Source of the DNA: Planctomycetota bacterium
Lineage (GTDB): Bacteria; Planctomycetota; UBA1135; UBA2386
Length of the DNA: 64,000 bases
Assembly (NCBI GenBank): GCA_965223545.1
Contig: OZ245006.1
Location: 6,816,001 to 6,880,000 of the forward strand
Reading direction: 5' to 3'
Shown here: positions 8,551 to 18,821 of the stretch, piece after piece
How positions within the stretch are numbered: position 1 is the first letter of the stretch
Layout: every line of letters starts with the position of its first letter
The notes under the pieces: generated by a model
What the model saw: the letters and a program-made list of their open reading frames with translations, nothing else
What the model was told of the DNA's origin: nothing
Database searches by the model: none
Translations under genes and position numbers: made by a program

Positions 8551-10206
8551 TCAACGCCGTGCCGCGGCAGCGCGCACTTCCGCCAGCCCCGGCCAATCGG
8601 CGTCCGCGTCGCGCCATATCGCTGCCAACCGCGCCAACACGGCCGTAGCCCCGGCGTCGTCGCCCAACGCTCGCCGTGCGCGTCCCAGCCCCAACAGTGA
8701 GCGCGCGCGGCCCGGTGCGCGCACCAGGGCGCGTTCGAAATGCTCCAGCGCCTCGCGCGCCTCGCCGTGCGCCAGCAACATCTCGCCCAGCGCTTCGTGC
8801 GCCGGCTTGGCGACCAGGGGTGGGCCGAAGTCGAGGTCCATCGCGTCCTCGGTCGCGCACGCTTCGCGCAAGTGCGCGAGCGTCCGCGCGGTGTCGCCCT
8901 CTCGCGCGGCGAGCGCGGCCTCGATCTGGTGGGTGACGACGCGGGCGGCGAGCTGGTCCTCGGCGGTCTCCGCGCGCTGGCCGCTGGGCGCGCAGCACGA
9001 CGCTGTGCTGCTTGCCAGAGCGTCGAGCGCGAGCTGCATCGGCGCCAGACGTCGCACGGTCTCGAGGGAGGTGCGGGCGTCGTCGGTTTGGCCGCGCGCC
9101 AGCGCCGACATCGCGCGCGCGAAGTGGTCGGTGGCGATCGTCGACGGCAGCAGGCCGTCGTGCGCGACCTCGAGGACGCCGTAGTCTCCCGGCCACGCGT
9201 CGGTCTCGACCAAGTGCGCGGCGCGCATCACGATCAGGTGAAAGCGCAGGCGCTGCGTCGGGTCTTCGCCGTGATCTCGCCGGACTTGGTCGAGCAAGGC
9301 CGCTGCGTCGGCGGCCCGGCCCCGCTGCAGGTAGCTGTAGGCGAGCCACTGGCAGGCGTGCCAGTTGCGGTCGTCGACGCCGAGCCCCTTGCGCTCGCGC
9401 CGTCGGTCGCCGGCGGCGAACGACGCTTCGTTGGCGAGGATCGAGTCCTGCCAGCGCCCGAGCGCGACGTAGATGTGGGAGGGCATGTGCAGCGCGTGGC
9501 CGGCGTCGGGGGCGATGCGGTCGTAGCGCTGCGCCATCGCGAGCCCGAGCGGCGCGTGCACGGGATCGTCGTAGCAGTGGATCAAGTAGTGCAGCAGCCC
9601 CGGGTGATCGGGGTGGCGGTGGTAGAGCGGCTGCAGGACTCCCGCGGCGCGCATGTAGATCCGCGGGTCGCGCCGGCCGAAGCTGGTGCCCAGGATCGCG
9701 AGGCCGCGCATGGCGCCGATCTCGACGTCGTGCGGGTAGCGCGCCTGCAGCGCCGCCAGCCGCTCCGCGTAGGCGGTCCAGCGCGCGTTGCGCGGCCCGT
9801 CGCCAAACAGCGCCTCGACGGTCGCGAGCCAACCACGTTCCAGGTCGGTGCCGGCCGCCGCTTGGCGCTCGGCCGGGCTCGCGCCGAGCTCGGCGAGCGC
9901 CGCGCGCGCGAGGTCGGGCTCTTCGCGCCGCCAGATGGGGTGGTAGAAGGTCAGCGCCTCGCCCCAGGTCGCCATCGCCAGGCCGGGCTCGAGCTTGCCC
10001 GCGCGGCGGAATGCGGTGCGCGCGTCCTCGTACTCGAAGCTGTGCAGCAGGAGCACGCCCTCTTCGAAGGCCGCCTGTGCCGCCGGCTGTTGCGCCGAGG
10101 TGGGAAAGTCGATGTGACCGAGCTGCGCGGCCACCGCCCCGCTCGGCAGCGCCGCGGTCGTCAGCCAGAGCGCGGCACGGGAGGACCGGTGGAGGAGTCG
10201 GTGCAT
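8551..10206 (-). CDS. Secreted TPR-containing protein
   Basis: Signal peptide ending AAQ, LGHIDFPTS, GVLLLHSFEY, HPGLLHYLIH, HALHMPSHIY and C-terminal TPRs. Confidence 0.85.
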   Translation of the reverse strand: MHRLLHRSSRAALWLTTAALPSGAVAAQLGHIDFPTSAQQPAAQAAFEEGVLLLHSFEYEDARTAFRRAGKLEPGLAMATWGEALTFYHPIWRREEPDLARAALAELGASPAERQAAAGTDLERGWLATVEALFGDGPRNARWTAYAERLAALQARYPHDVEIGAMRGLAILGTSFGRRDPRIYMRAAGVLQPLYHRHPDHPGLLHYLIHCYDDPVHAPLGLAMAQRYDRIAPDAGHALHMPSHIYVALGRWQDSILANEASFAAGDRRRERKGLGVDDRNWHACQWLAYSYLQRGRAADAAALLDQVRRDHGEDPTQRLRFHLIVMRAAHLVETDAWPGDYGVLEVAHDGLLPSTIATDHFARAMSALARGQTDDARTSLETVRRLAPMQLALDALASSTASCCAPSGQRAETAEDQLAARVVTHQIEAALAAREGDTARTLAHLREACATEDAMDLDFGPPLVAKPAHEALGEMLLAHGEAREALEHFERALVRAPGRARSLLGLGRARRALGDDAGATAVLARLAAIWRDADADWPGLAEVRAAAARR

Positions 10207-10327
10207 CGGCGGATTCGTGGTGGGCGACCCGACCGGGGTCGCGGTGTCCCGGCATTTTGCCGGCGGGGGTAGTCGCGCGCTTTCGCCGATAGAATAATCC
10301 GGGGGCCGCGCGGTATGCGCGCCAACG

Positions 10328-11290
10328 ATGTCATCATCCATCGAACTCGAACTGCGCGAGTTGGTTGCGGCGAGTGCCGCGAGAGACGAGGCGCGCCGTC
10401 GGTTGCGGGGCGCGCGGGCGGCGCTGCGGGCCGCCGACCGCGAGCACGGGCAGCGGCGCGCGGCGTTGCGAGCTAGTGAGGCCGCGGTGCGGGCGGCCGA
10501 ACGCCCCCGCTGGTGGCAGCTGCCGGCGGCGCTGTTTCGGGATACGGACGCGGCGATGGAACGCGCTCGGGAACAGCGCGCGAAGGATCGAGAGGCGACC
10601 GAGGCGAGCCGCGCTCGCACGCAGGAGTTGCGCACCGAGGTCGAGGACCTCGAGCGCGCGGCGCAGGCGGCGCCGCCCGATCTCGATGCGCGTCTCGATG
10701 AGGCCTTGGCTGCGGTGGAACGCCGAGTCCTGGCGGAAGGCGGTCCCCGCGCTGCCCGGTTGACCGATCTGGTGGCCCGCAGCGAGGAGCTCGCTGCAGC
10801 CGAGACCGCCCTGGAGAGCGCGTGGCAGCTGGGACGCCGGGCGCGGCGCGCGGTGGGGCGTGCGCGCGACGATCTGCGCGACGCGTCGCGAGTGGGGATG
10901 GTGGACATCGCGGGTGGGGCGGTACTGACGACTTGGGTGAAGCACGACCACCTGCGCTCGGCGCGGCGCCAGATCGCGAGTGCACGCAAGGCTTTGATGG
11001 CGTTCCGTCGCGGCGTCGGTGCGTGTTCCGGTCGGGTGCCGGCGCTCGACAGCGGCGGTGTCGGCGGGTCGTTGGCGATCGGCGATTTCCTGCTCGACTG
11101 CGGAGTCGTCGACGTCGTCGTGCAGACGCGAATCGACAAGATCGCGGAGAGCGTGGATCGCGCGGCCCGTTACGTGGCCCGAGAGATGCGTCGGTTGCGT
11201 GATCGGCGGCAGGAGGTGACTGATGCCCGCGCCGCGTTGGATCGCGAGCGCGCTGCTCTCTTGGAGCCGAGATCGGCATCAGCGGGCTGA
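10328..11290 (+). CDS. Hypothetical coiled-coil protein
   Basis: Long ORF with typical high-GC coding usage; helical heptads; DIAGG...KHDHL motif. Confidence 0.7.
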   Translation: MSSSIELELRELVAASAARDEARRRLRGARAALRAADREHGQRRAALRASEAAVRAAERPRWWQLPAALFRDTDAAMERAREQRAKDREATEASRARTQELRTEVEDLERAAQAAPPDLDARLDEALAAVERRVLAEGGPRAARLTDLVARSEELAAAETALESAWQLGRRARRAVGRARDDLRDASRVGMVDIAGGAVLTTWVKHDHLRSARRQIASARKALMAFRRGVGACSGRVPALDSGGVGGSLAIGDFLLDCGVVDVVVQTRIDKIAESVDRAARYVAREMRRLRDRRQEVTDARAALDRERAALLEPRSASAG

Positions 11291-11570
11291 GTTGACAGCG
11301 GGGTCGGCGGCGGGTCTGCGCTTTGGCGGAACGCGTCAGCCCGGCCGGGGCCGCGGAGTCGGGCTCCGTCGCCTCACGCGGTTGCTCCGGCACTCGAAGA
11401 GATGCCGGAAGCGCCAGAAATCCGGGGTCGTTCTGCTGGCTCGGGCCAACCAGCTTGTTGCTCGAGTTGCTGTCATGTTCGGCCGCTTCGAATCCGCCAC
11501 CGCCTCGGTCTACGCAGCCAGCGGCCGGACGCCTACACGTTGGAACCGGTGCGTTACCATCGTCGACGGC

Positions 11571-12254
11571 ATGGCATCACCCGTGGATTCGACGAGTTGG
11601 TCGCTGGTGCTCGGGGCCGCCGCGGCGGTGCCGGCGGACCGAGAGGAGTTCGGTCGCCGCTACGGCCCCGTCATCGCCGGCTACTTTGCCGCGCGTTGGC
11701 GGCTGCCGGTCGGTCACGAGCGCGTCGATGATGCGAGGCAGGAGGTTCTCCTTCGCTGCTTCTCGCCCGGTGGTCCGCTGGAACGCGTGGATCCAGCGCG
11801 CTCGGGCGGGTTCCGTGCCTACCTTCGCGGTGTGGTCGGACGCGTCGCGTCAGAGCTGGAGCGGAAGATGAGCCGCCGCGCGCGTCGTGAGGCTCGTGGG
11901 TTCGAGCCCGACGACGTGGCGGCGCTCCAGTCGACTCCCTCGGAGGCGTTTGATCGCGGGTGGGCCGAGATGGTGACCGACCAGGCGTGGGCCGTGATGG
12001 CGGACAAGGCGCGCGGTCATCCGTGGGCGGAGTTGCGGCTGAGGGTCCTTGGCATGCGCTACGCCGATGGCCTGGCGCCGCGCGAGATCGCAGCCGCTAT
12101 CGACGAGCTCGGGGTTCGGCAAGTGCGCCGCATGGTCGCGACCGGCCGGCATCACTTTCGCACCGCGATGATGCACGTCCTCTCCGGATACCACCCGGAT
12201 CTCAGCTCGGTGCAACTCGAGCAAAAGTGCCGTGAGCTGATCGACTTGCTATGA
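11571..12254 (+). CDS. ECF sigma factor, planctomycete kinase-associated type
   Basis: STSWSLV, F.RRYGP, DDARQEV, GGFRAYL, AFDRGWA; stop overlaps the kinase start (ATGA). Confidence 0.85.
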   Translation: MASPVDSTSWSLVLGAAAAVPADREEFGRRYGPVIAGYFAARWRLPVGHERVDDARQEVLLRCFSPGGPLERVDPARSGGFRAYLRGVVGRVASELERKMSRRARREARGFEPDDVAALQSTPSEAFDRGWAEMVTDQAWAVMADKARGHPWAELRLRVLGMRYADGLAPREIAAAIDELGVRQVRRMVATGRHHFRTAMMHVLSGYHPDLSSVQLEQKCRELIDLL

Positions 12255-15200
12255 GCCGACCCGACGACATCGGTTCCACCGGCCGAGGCCCCTTCGATCC
12301 CGCGGATTATCTGGGTCGCGGGCTCAGCTCGGTCATTCGGCGGCAGAGAAGCCGCGCGGGTCCCTACAGTGCACCTGCCGAGACGGCGCCGTCCACACGG
12401 GAGTCGGACTTCGTCGAGCCGGTGCCCGACGAACTCGCGGGTCTGCCAGTCGTGGGGCTGATCGGGCGGGGCGGAGTGGGTTTCGTCTACCGTGTGGTGG
12501 ATCCCAAATTCGAGCGAGACCTCGCGGTCAAGGTGCTGTCGAGGCGATACGCCGGCGACCCGGAGATGGTGCAGAGGTTTTGCGAGGAGGCGAAGATCTG
12601 CGGCCAGCTCCAGCACCCCGGAGTCGTGCCGATCCACGATTGCGATCGTCTCGAAGACGGTCGTCCGTTCTTCACCATGAAGGTGGTCGAAGGCGAGACG
12701 CTGGCGGAGGTCCTTCGGTCTCGGACCGATTCGGCGTCTGCTCGCCAACCCTGTCTCGAAGTCCTCAGCCGAGTTTGTCAGACGGTTGCGTACGTGCACG
12801 CGCGAGGAGTTGTGCACGGAGACCTGAAGCCAAGCAACGTGATGGTCGGAGCCTTCGGAGAGGTGCAGGTGATGGACTGGGGATTCGCGCGCGTCGTGGA
12901 CCCCGAGCGGACTCAGCCCCGTCCGGGCGGAGGCGGCGTGGGGCCCGGCTCCGACGGGTCCTCGTTGCATGTGCTCGGCACGCCAGCGTACATGGCCCCG
13001 GAACAAGCGCGCGGTGATATGGCAGCAATCACTGCGAGGACGGACGTGTTCGGCCTGGGCGCGATCTTGTGCGAGATTCTCACGGGAGCGCCGCCGTACC
13101 AGGGGGAGTCCCGTTCCGAGGTGTATCTCCGTGCAACCCGAGGTTGGCAGGACGACGTGCGCTCTCGGCTCGACGTGTGTGGAGCCGATGGTGCCCTGAT
13201 CGACCTCGCGCGGCGTTGTCTCGAGCTCGAACCGGGTCAGCGACCCGAGGATGCCGGCTCTGTCCAAGGGGAGATCGCGGCCTACTTGGAGTCTGTCGAG
13301 GAGCGTGCGCACCGGCTCGAGCTTCGCGCCGCTCGGGCTGAGGCGCGGGCTGCCCAGGAGCGGCGTTCCCGCCGCTTGGCGACCGCGTTGGCGTCCGTGG
13401 TTGTCGTTGCCGTTGTGACGGTGACGGCCATCGGGATCTGGATGCAGTCGGAGCGCAGCAGCCGCGAAGCAGAGACGCACCGCCTCATCGTTGCGGCCAT
13501 GGAGCGTGCCCGCTTGCTGGGCAGTCAGGCGCGGGGACGTTCTCCCGGCACAGTCCTTGGCTGGCGCGAAGCGGTGGCTTCCGCGCAACAGGCGGTGCAG
13601 CTGGCGGCCGTTCGCGATGCTTCGGCCGATGATTCCGCCCGGGCGGCTGACTTGTTGGCCCAACTCGAGCGCGATCGCTCGGCCGCGGAGCGCGACCGGG
13701 ATCTGCTGGAGTGGCTCGAGGAGGTCCGGCCGCACTACACGGATGACCGCGGATCATCGGGGGTGAGCGAGGCCTACCGGCGGGGCTTCGAAAAGTTCGG
13801 CTTGCCGTTCGATCCATCGGCAATCGACCGGTTTGCGGCAAGGGTCGGTGAGAGCGCGGTCGCGGCCAACCTATGTGCTGCGCTGGACGATTGGGCTTAT
13901 GCGGCCCGCCGGCAAGACGACCCGATTTGGCGGGACCTCGTGGCTGCAGCGCGCGCGGCTGACGCCGATCCAATGCGCGATCGGATGCGGGCTGCGTTGC
14001 TCGAGGGTGATCTCGGAGCTCTCGAGGAGATCGGTGACTCGGGTACTTTTGGCGCGGCCGCCCCAGCCACGGTCAACTTGCTGGCCAAGACGCTGTTCCA
14101 GAGCGGCCGGAAGGACACTGCGATCGGCGTGCTACGCCGCGCTTGCCTCGACCACCCGGACGACTTCTGGATGCAGCACGACTTGGCTGTGTTTCTGAGG
14201 GACCGGCTTGAGCCGCCGTGGAGCGAGATCCTCGGACTATGCCGTGCCGCGGCGGGGCTCCGCCCAAACGACGCCCATGCCCTGACGGACTTGGCCCACG
14301 CGCTCATGACAGTGCAGGAGTTGGATGGGGCCGAGGCAGTGCTGCGTCAAGCCCTCGACGTGCGCCCCGACTACTCGCGCGCCTTGCGCTTCTCGGGATT
14401 GGTTCAGCGCAGGCGTGGCGATATTGCTGGAAGCTGGACTTGGTTCGAGCGAGCCGCGGCGCTGCCTTTGAACAAGGACTCGGCCCTTGCGGCTTGCGAT
14501 GCCGCACTCGCGTGCGTCTACCTCGGCAGGCTTGACCAAGCGGCGTCCCACGCCCTCGATGCGATCGCCGTCCAACCCGAACGCGGCTCCGGCTACCTTC
14601 ACGCTGGATTCGTGGCCTTCTTCGCCGGGAAGTTCGATCAGGCAACCGCATACTATGCCGAAGGACTGCGCTGGAGCCCGGACTCGTCCAACGCATGGAT
14701 GAGGCGAGCCAGAGCCCATCTGCGGATGGGTGAGCTCGGCGAGGCTGACGCTGCCATCGCAAGGGCCGCTGAGACAGCGTTGCCCGCGGGGAGATCTCAA
14801 GTCTCGAGTTTTCGGAGCGTCGTGGATGCCCTGCTGGAAGTCTCTCGGACCGACACGGTGGCGATGCCAGTGTTCGTTGATCCGTTGTTCGTCGAGACAG
14901 GCTTGCGCCGAATTTGGCGTGCGCATCTCTCATTCCTGCGAGGCGATCCAGTCGCAGCGGCCCGCGCGCACGAGAGACTCGCCGAAAGCGACCCGGAGTT
15001 GTTCCGGAGTTGGCGTCACCGGCGGTGGGCTGCGCTCGCGCTGGTCGCCGCGAGCTGGGAGGCGCGTCGCTCGGAAGAAGCGAATCGCTGGCGCGAAAGG
15101 GCCCGATCGTGGTTGGAGCAGCAGCTCGATGTATGGCGCACTTCGCAGCGCGCGGGAAACAGGTCGCCGGCGGACACGTTGCTCGGAATAAGGCTGGTCC

Positions 15201-15331
15201 AAAACGACCCCGCCCTTGCACCCATCCGGTTCGACGCGCCGGAGGGTCGTTTGGCCGAGTCGGAACGGGGCCCTTGGAGCGGCTTCTTCGCGGAGTGTGA
15301 GCGGTTTGCCGATTCGTTGCTCCGAGACTGA
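12251..15331 (+). CDS. Hanks-type Ser/Thr protein kinase with TM segment and TPR repeats
   Basis: IGRGGVG, AVK, HGDLKPSN, DWG, GTPAYMAPEQ, DVFGLG; TM helix; TPRs. Confidence 0.95.
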   Translation: MSRPDDIGSTGRGPFDPADYLGRGLSSVIRRQRSRAGPYSAPAETAPSTRESDFVEPVPDELAGLPVVGLIGRGGVGFVYRVVDPKFERDLAVKVLSRRYAGDPEMVQRFCEEAKICGQLQHPGVVPIHDCDRLEDGRPFFTMKVVEGETLAEVLRSRTDSASARQPCLEVLSRVCQTVAYVHARGVVHGDLKPSNVMVGAFGEVQVMDWGFARVVDPERTQPRPGGGGVGPGSDGSSLHVLGTPAYMAPEQARGDMAAITARTDVFGLGAILCEILTGAPPYQGESRSEVYLRATRGWQDDVRSRLDVCGADGALIDLARRCLELEPGQRPEDAGSVQGEIAAYLESVEERAHRLELRAARAEARAAQERRSRRLATALASVVVVAVVTVTAIGIWMQSERSSREAETHRLIVAAMERARLLGSQARGRSPGTVLGWREAVASAQQAVQLAAVRDASADDSARAADLLAQLERDRSAAERDRDLLEWLEEVRPHYTDDRGSSGVSEAYRRGFEKFGLPFDPSAIDRFAARVGESAVAANLCAALDDWAYAARRQDDPIWRDLVAAARAADADPMRDRMRAALLEGDLGALEEIGDSGTFGAAAPATVNLLAKTLFQSGRKDTAIGVLRRACLDHPDDFWMQHDLAVFLRDRLEPPWSEILGLCRAAAGLRPNDAHALTDLAHALMTVQELDGAEAVLRQALDVRPDYSRALRFSGLVQRRRGDIAGSWTWFERAAALPLNKDSALAACDAALACVYLGRLDQAASHALDAIAVQPERGSGYLHAGFVAFFAGKFDQATAYYAEGLRWSPDSSNAWMRRARAHLRMGELGEADAAIARAAETALPAGRSQVSSFRSVVDALLEVSRTDTVAMPVFVDPLFVETGLRRIWRAHLSFLRGDPVAAARAHERLAESDPELFRSWRHRRWAALALVAASWEARRSEEANRWRERARSWLEQQLDVWRTSQRAGNRSPADTLLGIRLVQNDPALAPIRFDAPEGRLAESERGPWSGFFAECERFADSLLRD

Positions 15332-15397
15332 GCGCCTGCGTCTCGATCTCTCCGAGATTCTCGCGGTCAAAAAAGACGCGCGGGCCAACGGCTCACC

Positions 15398-16507
15398 GTG
15401 AACGTTGACCACCCACGGCTACTCCTCCGAATCCGGCCGACCGCATACTTGGGTCTCTTCGCCCTCCTGATGGCGATCGGATCATCCGCCTCGTTGGTTG
15501 CGCAGGCGACTGTGCAAGCGAACTACCCGCTGCTGACGGACCTCGCGGATGCCAGCGGCAACTACGCGGACGGCACGCTGCGCGGCGCGCCGCCGCCTGC
15601 TCCGCCCGCCAACGGCGTGTGTACGAATGGTATCTATACGTCGTCTCCGCCCGGTTCCGGGCGGATGCTCGCGCCCGGCAGCCAGGAGTTCCACACAGCG
15701 GACCTATTCAACCTGAACTCGAACGACTTCCAAATCGAGGTCTCGTTCAGGGTTGACGGCATGCCCTACAGGGGGCCGGGGTTTGTGCACGAGGGACCGA
15801 TCCTCGTTGTGAGTCCCTTGTGGAGATGGTTCGGTCTCGCCCTGCTGAACTCCGCGGGCACGTCGACAGCGACGACAGGCGAGTTGGGCGTTTCCTACAA
15901 CAACTCCCTCAAGTCGTGGTCGGCGACGACGGTGAACACGGGTCAATGGTACTCCGCCATGGTGCGGTACGAGGCCGGAACCGTCGAGCTGTACCTCGAT
16001 GGCGCGCGGATCCACCAAGCGTCGATTGGCACTCTCAACACCGGAGGCACGACCGAGATCCTGACGACTGACTATGCGTTCGGCAACGCCTTCAACGGTT
16101 GTATCCGCAATCTGCGGATTTGGAACGACCCCGATTTCTCGACAACGGCAGCGGGTGAGGCGATGCGCCTGGCGTCGCCACCCAATCCGTTGCTCCTGTT
16201 GGGCGGTCAGACAAATCGCCCGATCGTCGGTCAGGTTTGGGACCCACACATCGCAAACCCACCGAGCGGTGCTGTCCTCAATGCGCTGGTCATCGGTGTG
16301 AGTTCCGTGTCGATCCCGCTGCAATTCGGCACTCTCTTGTGTATCCCATCGCTCACCTTGCAGGGCCTACCAGGAGCCCCGTTCCAGATTCCGCTTCCGC
16401 CGAACCCGGCGCTGATCGGTGCGTCTCTTTGCACGCAAGGGGCGTCGGCGACCGCCAGCGCATTGCAGGTGTCAAACGCGATCGATGTCACGTTCGGCAA
16501 CGGCTAG
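15398..16507 (+). CDS. Secreted LamG/concanavalin-like protein with shared C-terminal domain
   Basis: Signal peptide ending LVAQ; GQWY...LYLDG...FNGCIRNLRIW LamG motifs. Confidence 0.8.
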   Translation: MNVDHPRLLLRIRPTAYLGLFALLMAIGSSASLVAQATVQANYPLLTDLADASGNYADGTLRGAPPPAPPANGVCTNGIYTSSPPGSGRMLAPGSQEFHTADLFNLNSNDFQIEVSFRVDGMPYRGPGFVHEGPILVVSPLWRWFGLALLNSAGTSTATTGELGVSYNNSLKSWSATTVNTGQWYSAMVRYEAGTVELYLDGARIHQASIGTLNTGGTTEILTTDYAFGNAFNGCIRNLRIWNDPDFSTTAAGEAMRLASPPNPLLLLGGQTNRPIVGQVWDPHIANPPSGAVLNALVIGVSSVSIPLQFGTLLCIPSLTLQGLPGAPFQIPLPPNPALIGASLCTQGASATASALQVSNAIDVTFGNG

Positions 16508-16644
16508 CCGCTCGGCCCGAACGCGCGCCCTCCCGGTCCACGGATGTGCGCGTTGCCCTTCTTCTCGCCTCGCGATTGCGGACGCAACGCCCGGGGCAAC
16601 CTTCCTCCCACCCCTTCCCTTCACTCCTGAATCCGCATACACAG

Positions 16645-17751
16645 ATGTTCAGAATCGCTCTTCTTTCGCTCATTGTCGGGAGCTTGCTTCCCGCGCAAAA
16701 CACTGGCATTACGCTCGCCAACACCGTTGACGGGTACGTCGAGGTGCCCTATTCGCCTCAGGTCGTGCCGCAAAGCGGGATCACGGTCGAGGCGTGGATT
16801 ACTTACGATGGCACGACGCTGGGTGCCGGTTGGCGCAACCCGACCATCATAAGGCAGAACCGCAACGCCGCCCAAGAGGCTTACCTGATGCGCGTCGAAG
16901 CCGAAGCCAGTAGCAAGACCGTGCTGCGTTGGCTCGTCACCGCCAGTTCCACCGTGACTGTCGATTGGAACTTCACTGCCGGGCAGCTGCAGACGTGGAC
17001 CCACGTAGCGGGTACCTATGACGGAACGGCAGCGAATCTATATGTCAACGGCCAGTTGGTCGGGACGAGCCCCGGTGCTGGCGCGTTGGTCGACAGTGGA
17101 GACGTCCTGCGCATCGGTAAGGGTTCCGACATCTCGACTCCGATCGAGGTCTGGAATGGCAGTATTGACGAGGTGCGCCTCTGGCCCTTTGCCCGAACCG
17201 GAGCAGAAATCTCGTCCACAATGAACGATGAGCTGTCATCGGTTCCAGGGCTCGTCTCGACCTGGAATCTCAACGGCAACGTGCAGGACTCCTCGTCCAC
17301 GCTCCACGGCAGTGTCAGCGGTGGTGTGAGTTACACCGCTTCTCCCGCACTGACCGTGACACCCCTGTCCAGCTCCGTCTTGGGCGCGGGCACACCCGGC
17401 TGCTTGGGTAGCATTGTCAGCTCGATCGCGGCGGTGCCGCGAGCCGGCAACAGGGGGTTCGCGTTCATGGCGCACCAGGTTCCGGCCGGTGCACCGACGA
17501 TTTCACTGTTGGGCCTTCGAGCGTTGGGCGCCCCGATTCAGATTGCTGGCGTCAATCTCTGGCTCGACCCGACCGCGCTGGTCGGTAGCTTCCCCTGTCC
17601 GGTGGATGCGCTCGGCACTGCCCGCCAACGACTGCCGCTCCCAGCGACCGTGGCAGGGCTGAATGTGATGATTCAGTTCGCCTCGATCGATCTCTGTGGT
17701 CCGCAAGGTCTGACCGCTTCCGACGCAATCTCCCTGCAGTTCGTGCCCTGA
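16645..17751 (+). CDS. Secreted LamG-domain protein with shared C-terminal domain
   Basis: Signal peptide MFRIALLSLIVGSLLPAQ; ITVEAWI, WTHVAGTYDG, LYVNG, GSIDEVRLW. Confidence 0.9.
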   Translation: MFRIALLSLIVGSLLPAQNTGITLANTVDGYVEVPYSPQVVPQSGITVEAWITYDGTTLGAGWRNPTIIRQNRNAAQEAYLMRVEAEASSKTVLRWLVTASSTVTVDWNFTAGQLQTWTHVAGTYDGTAANLYVNGQLVGTSPGAGALVDSGDVLRIGKGSDISTPIEVWNGSIDEVRLWPFARTGAEISSTMNDELSSVPGLVSTWNLNGNVQDSSSTLHGSVSGGVSYTASPALTVTPLSSSVLGAGTPGCLGSIVSSIAAVPRAGNRGFAFMAHQVPAGAPTISLLGLRALGAPIQIAGVNLWLDPTALVGSFPCPVDALGTARQRLPLPATVAGLNVMIQFASIDLCGPQGLTASDAISLQFVP

Positions 17752-17905
17752 GCGTCCGGGTCCGAGAGTCTTCGCGCGGCGACAACCTTTCGGAAGGCTC
17801 GTTGTCGCCGGAACTTCGATACCGCAACTCCCGGAGGCTCGAAACCAACACCGGCTGCTGGCCGCATCAGCGCGGCCACGGTCGCAACCTGACTCGGCGC
17901 CGCTC
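17748..17905. repeat. Double-hairpin REP/BIME-like repeat, locus 1 (module B on the minus strand plus partial module A)
   Basis: Reverse complement matches GAGCCTCCGGGAGTTGCGGTATCGAAG...CCTTCCGAAAGGTTGTCGCC; followed by TCAGCGCGGCCACGGTCGCAACC. Confidence 0.85.
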
Positions 17906-17945
17906 GACGATTCGCGGCGGTGTCGCGGCCAAGGCTCTGGGTGAT

Positions 17946-18698
17946 CTAACGGGTCGCGCCGCGCAGGGCGCGCTCCGGCAGGTAATCGCCGAACAGCTTC
18001 CAGTCCATGCCGTCGCCCCAGCCGGCGCCGTGGTCGCTGGTCATCCGCTCCTCGGTCCTCGCGCTGATGCGGTGCTCGCCGAACGCCAGCGCGGCGAGAA
18101 TGCGTCCGGGGCGCAGGTGACGGCTGGCCCAGCTCAGCGGTGAGTCGCCGTGCGCGTCGCGGGCGGTGACGTCGGCGCCGTGCTCCAGCAGCAGGTCGAT
18201 GGTGGCCCGGTCGGCGTACGCCGCGGCGCGGTGCAGCGGGGTCTCGCCACAGGTGCGCACGTCGCGCATGAAGCCGTCGCTCTCGGCGCCGGGGATCGTC
18301 GTGGCGTTGGGGTCGGCGCCGCGCTCGAGCAGCAGCTGCACCGTATGGCGGTAGTACGGTCGCCCGGCCTTGGCGAGGGCGTTGTGCAGCGGCGTCTCGC
18401 CGGTCGATGCCACGCAACATCGCGGATCGGCGCCGCGCTCGATCAGAAAGTCGCAGACGTGCCAGTGGCCGAAGAACGCCGCGTGGTTGAGCTCGTCGTC
18501 GAGAACCAGGCTGGAGAGGTCGTCGCCGGCTCGAACGAGTGCGCGGAGCGCGGTGAGGTCTCCGTAGTACACCAGCCACTGGGCTGGTCGCACCGAGCCT
18601 CGCGCCAGAGCCGAGCGCCAGTCGTCGAGGGCCAAGAGCTCGAAGATCAGATCAGTGCGGCCGCGGCGGATGCCGTCGAGAATCGCGGTCAGGTCCAT
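17946..18698 (-). CDS. Ankyrin repeat protein
   Basis: GETPLHNA, LLLERGADPN, GETPLHRAA, LLEHGADVTARDAHGDSPL. Confidence 0.92.
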   Translation of the reverse strand: MDLTAILDGIRRGRTDLIFELLALDDWRSALARGSVRPAQWLVYYGDLTALRALVRAGDDLSSLVLDDELNHAAFFGHWHVCDFLIERGADPRCCVASTGETPLHNALAKAGRPYYRHTVQLLLERGADPNATTIPGAESDGFMRDVRTCGETPLHRAAAYADRATIDLLLEHGADVTARDAHGDSPLSWASRHLRPGRILAALAFGEHRISARTEERMTSDHGAGWGDGMDWKLFGDYLPERALRGATR

Positions 18699-18821
18699 AT
18701 CAGTGATGCGGTCGAGCGTGTTCCGGAGCCTTGACGACATTCTGCCCGAAACTCGAGAATCGTGAGACACAGATTCGCGGTGTTCCGAATTGGGGGGACA
18801 ACTTCACCAAAGTATGAGCCC

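Noticed and set aside
10207..11139. Long N-terminal extension of the TPR ORF (likewise 23632-24342, 24106-24831, 36168-36806, 58525-59022)
   Set aside because: These overlap other genes or remnants; better starts with a signal peptide, RBS or coupled stop lie downstream.
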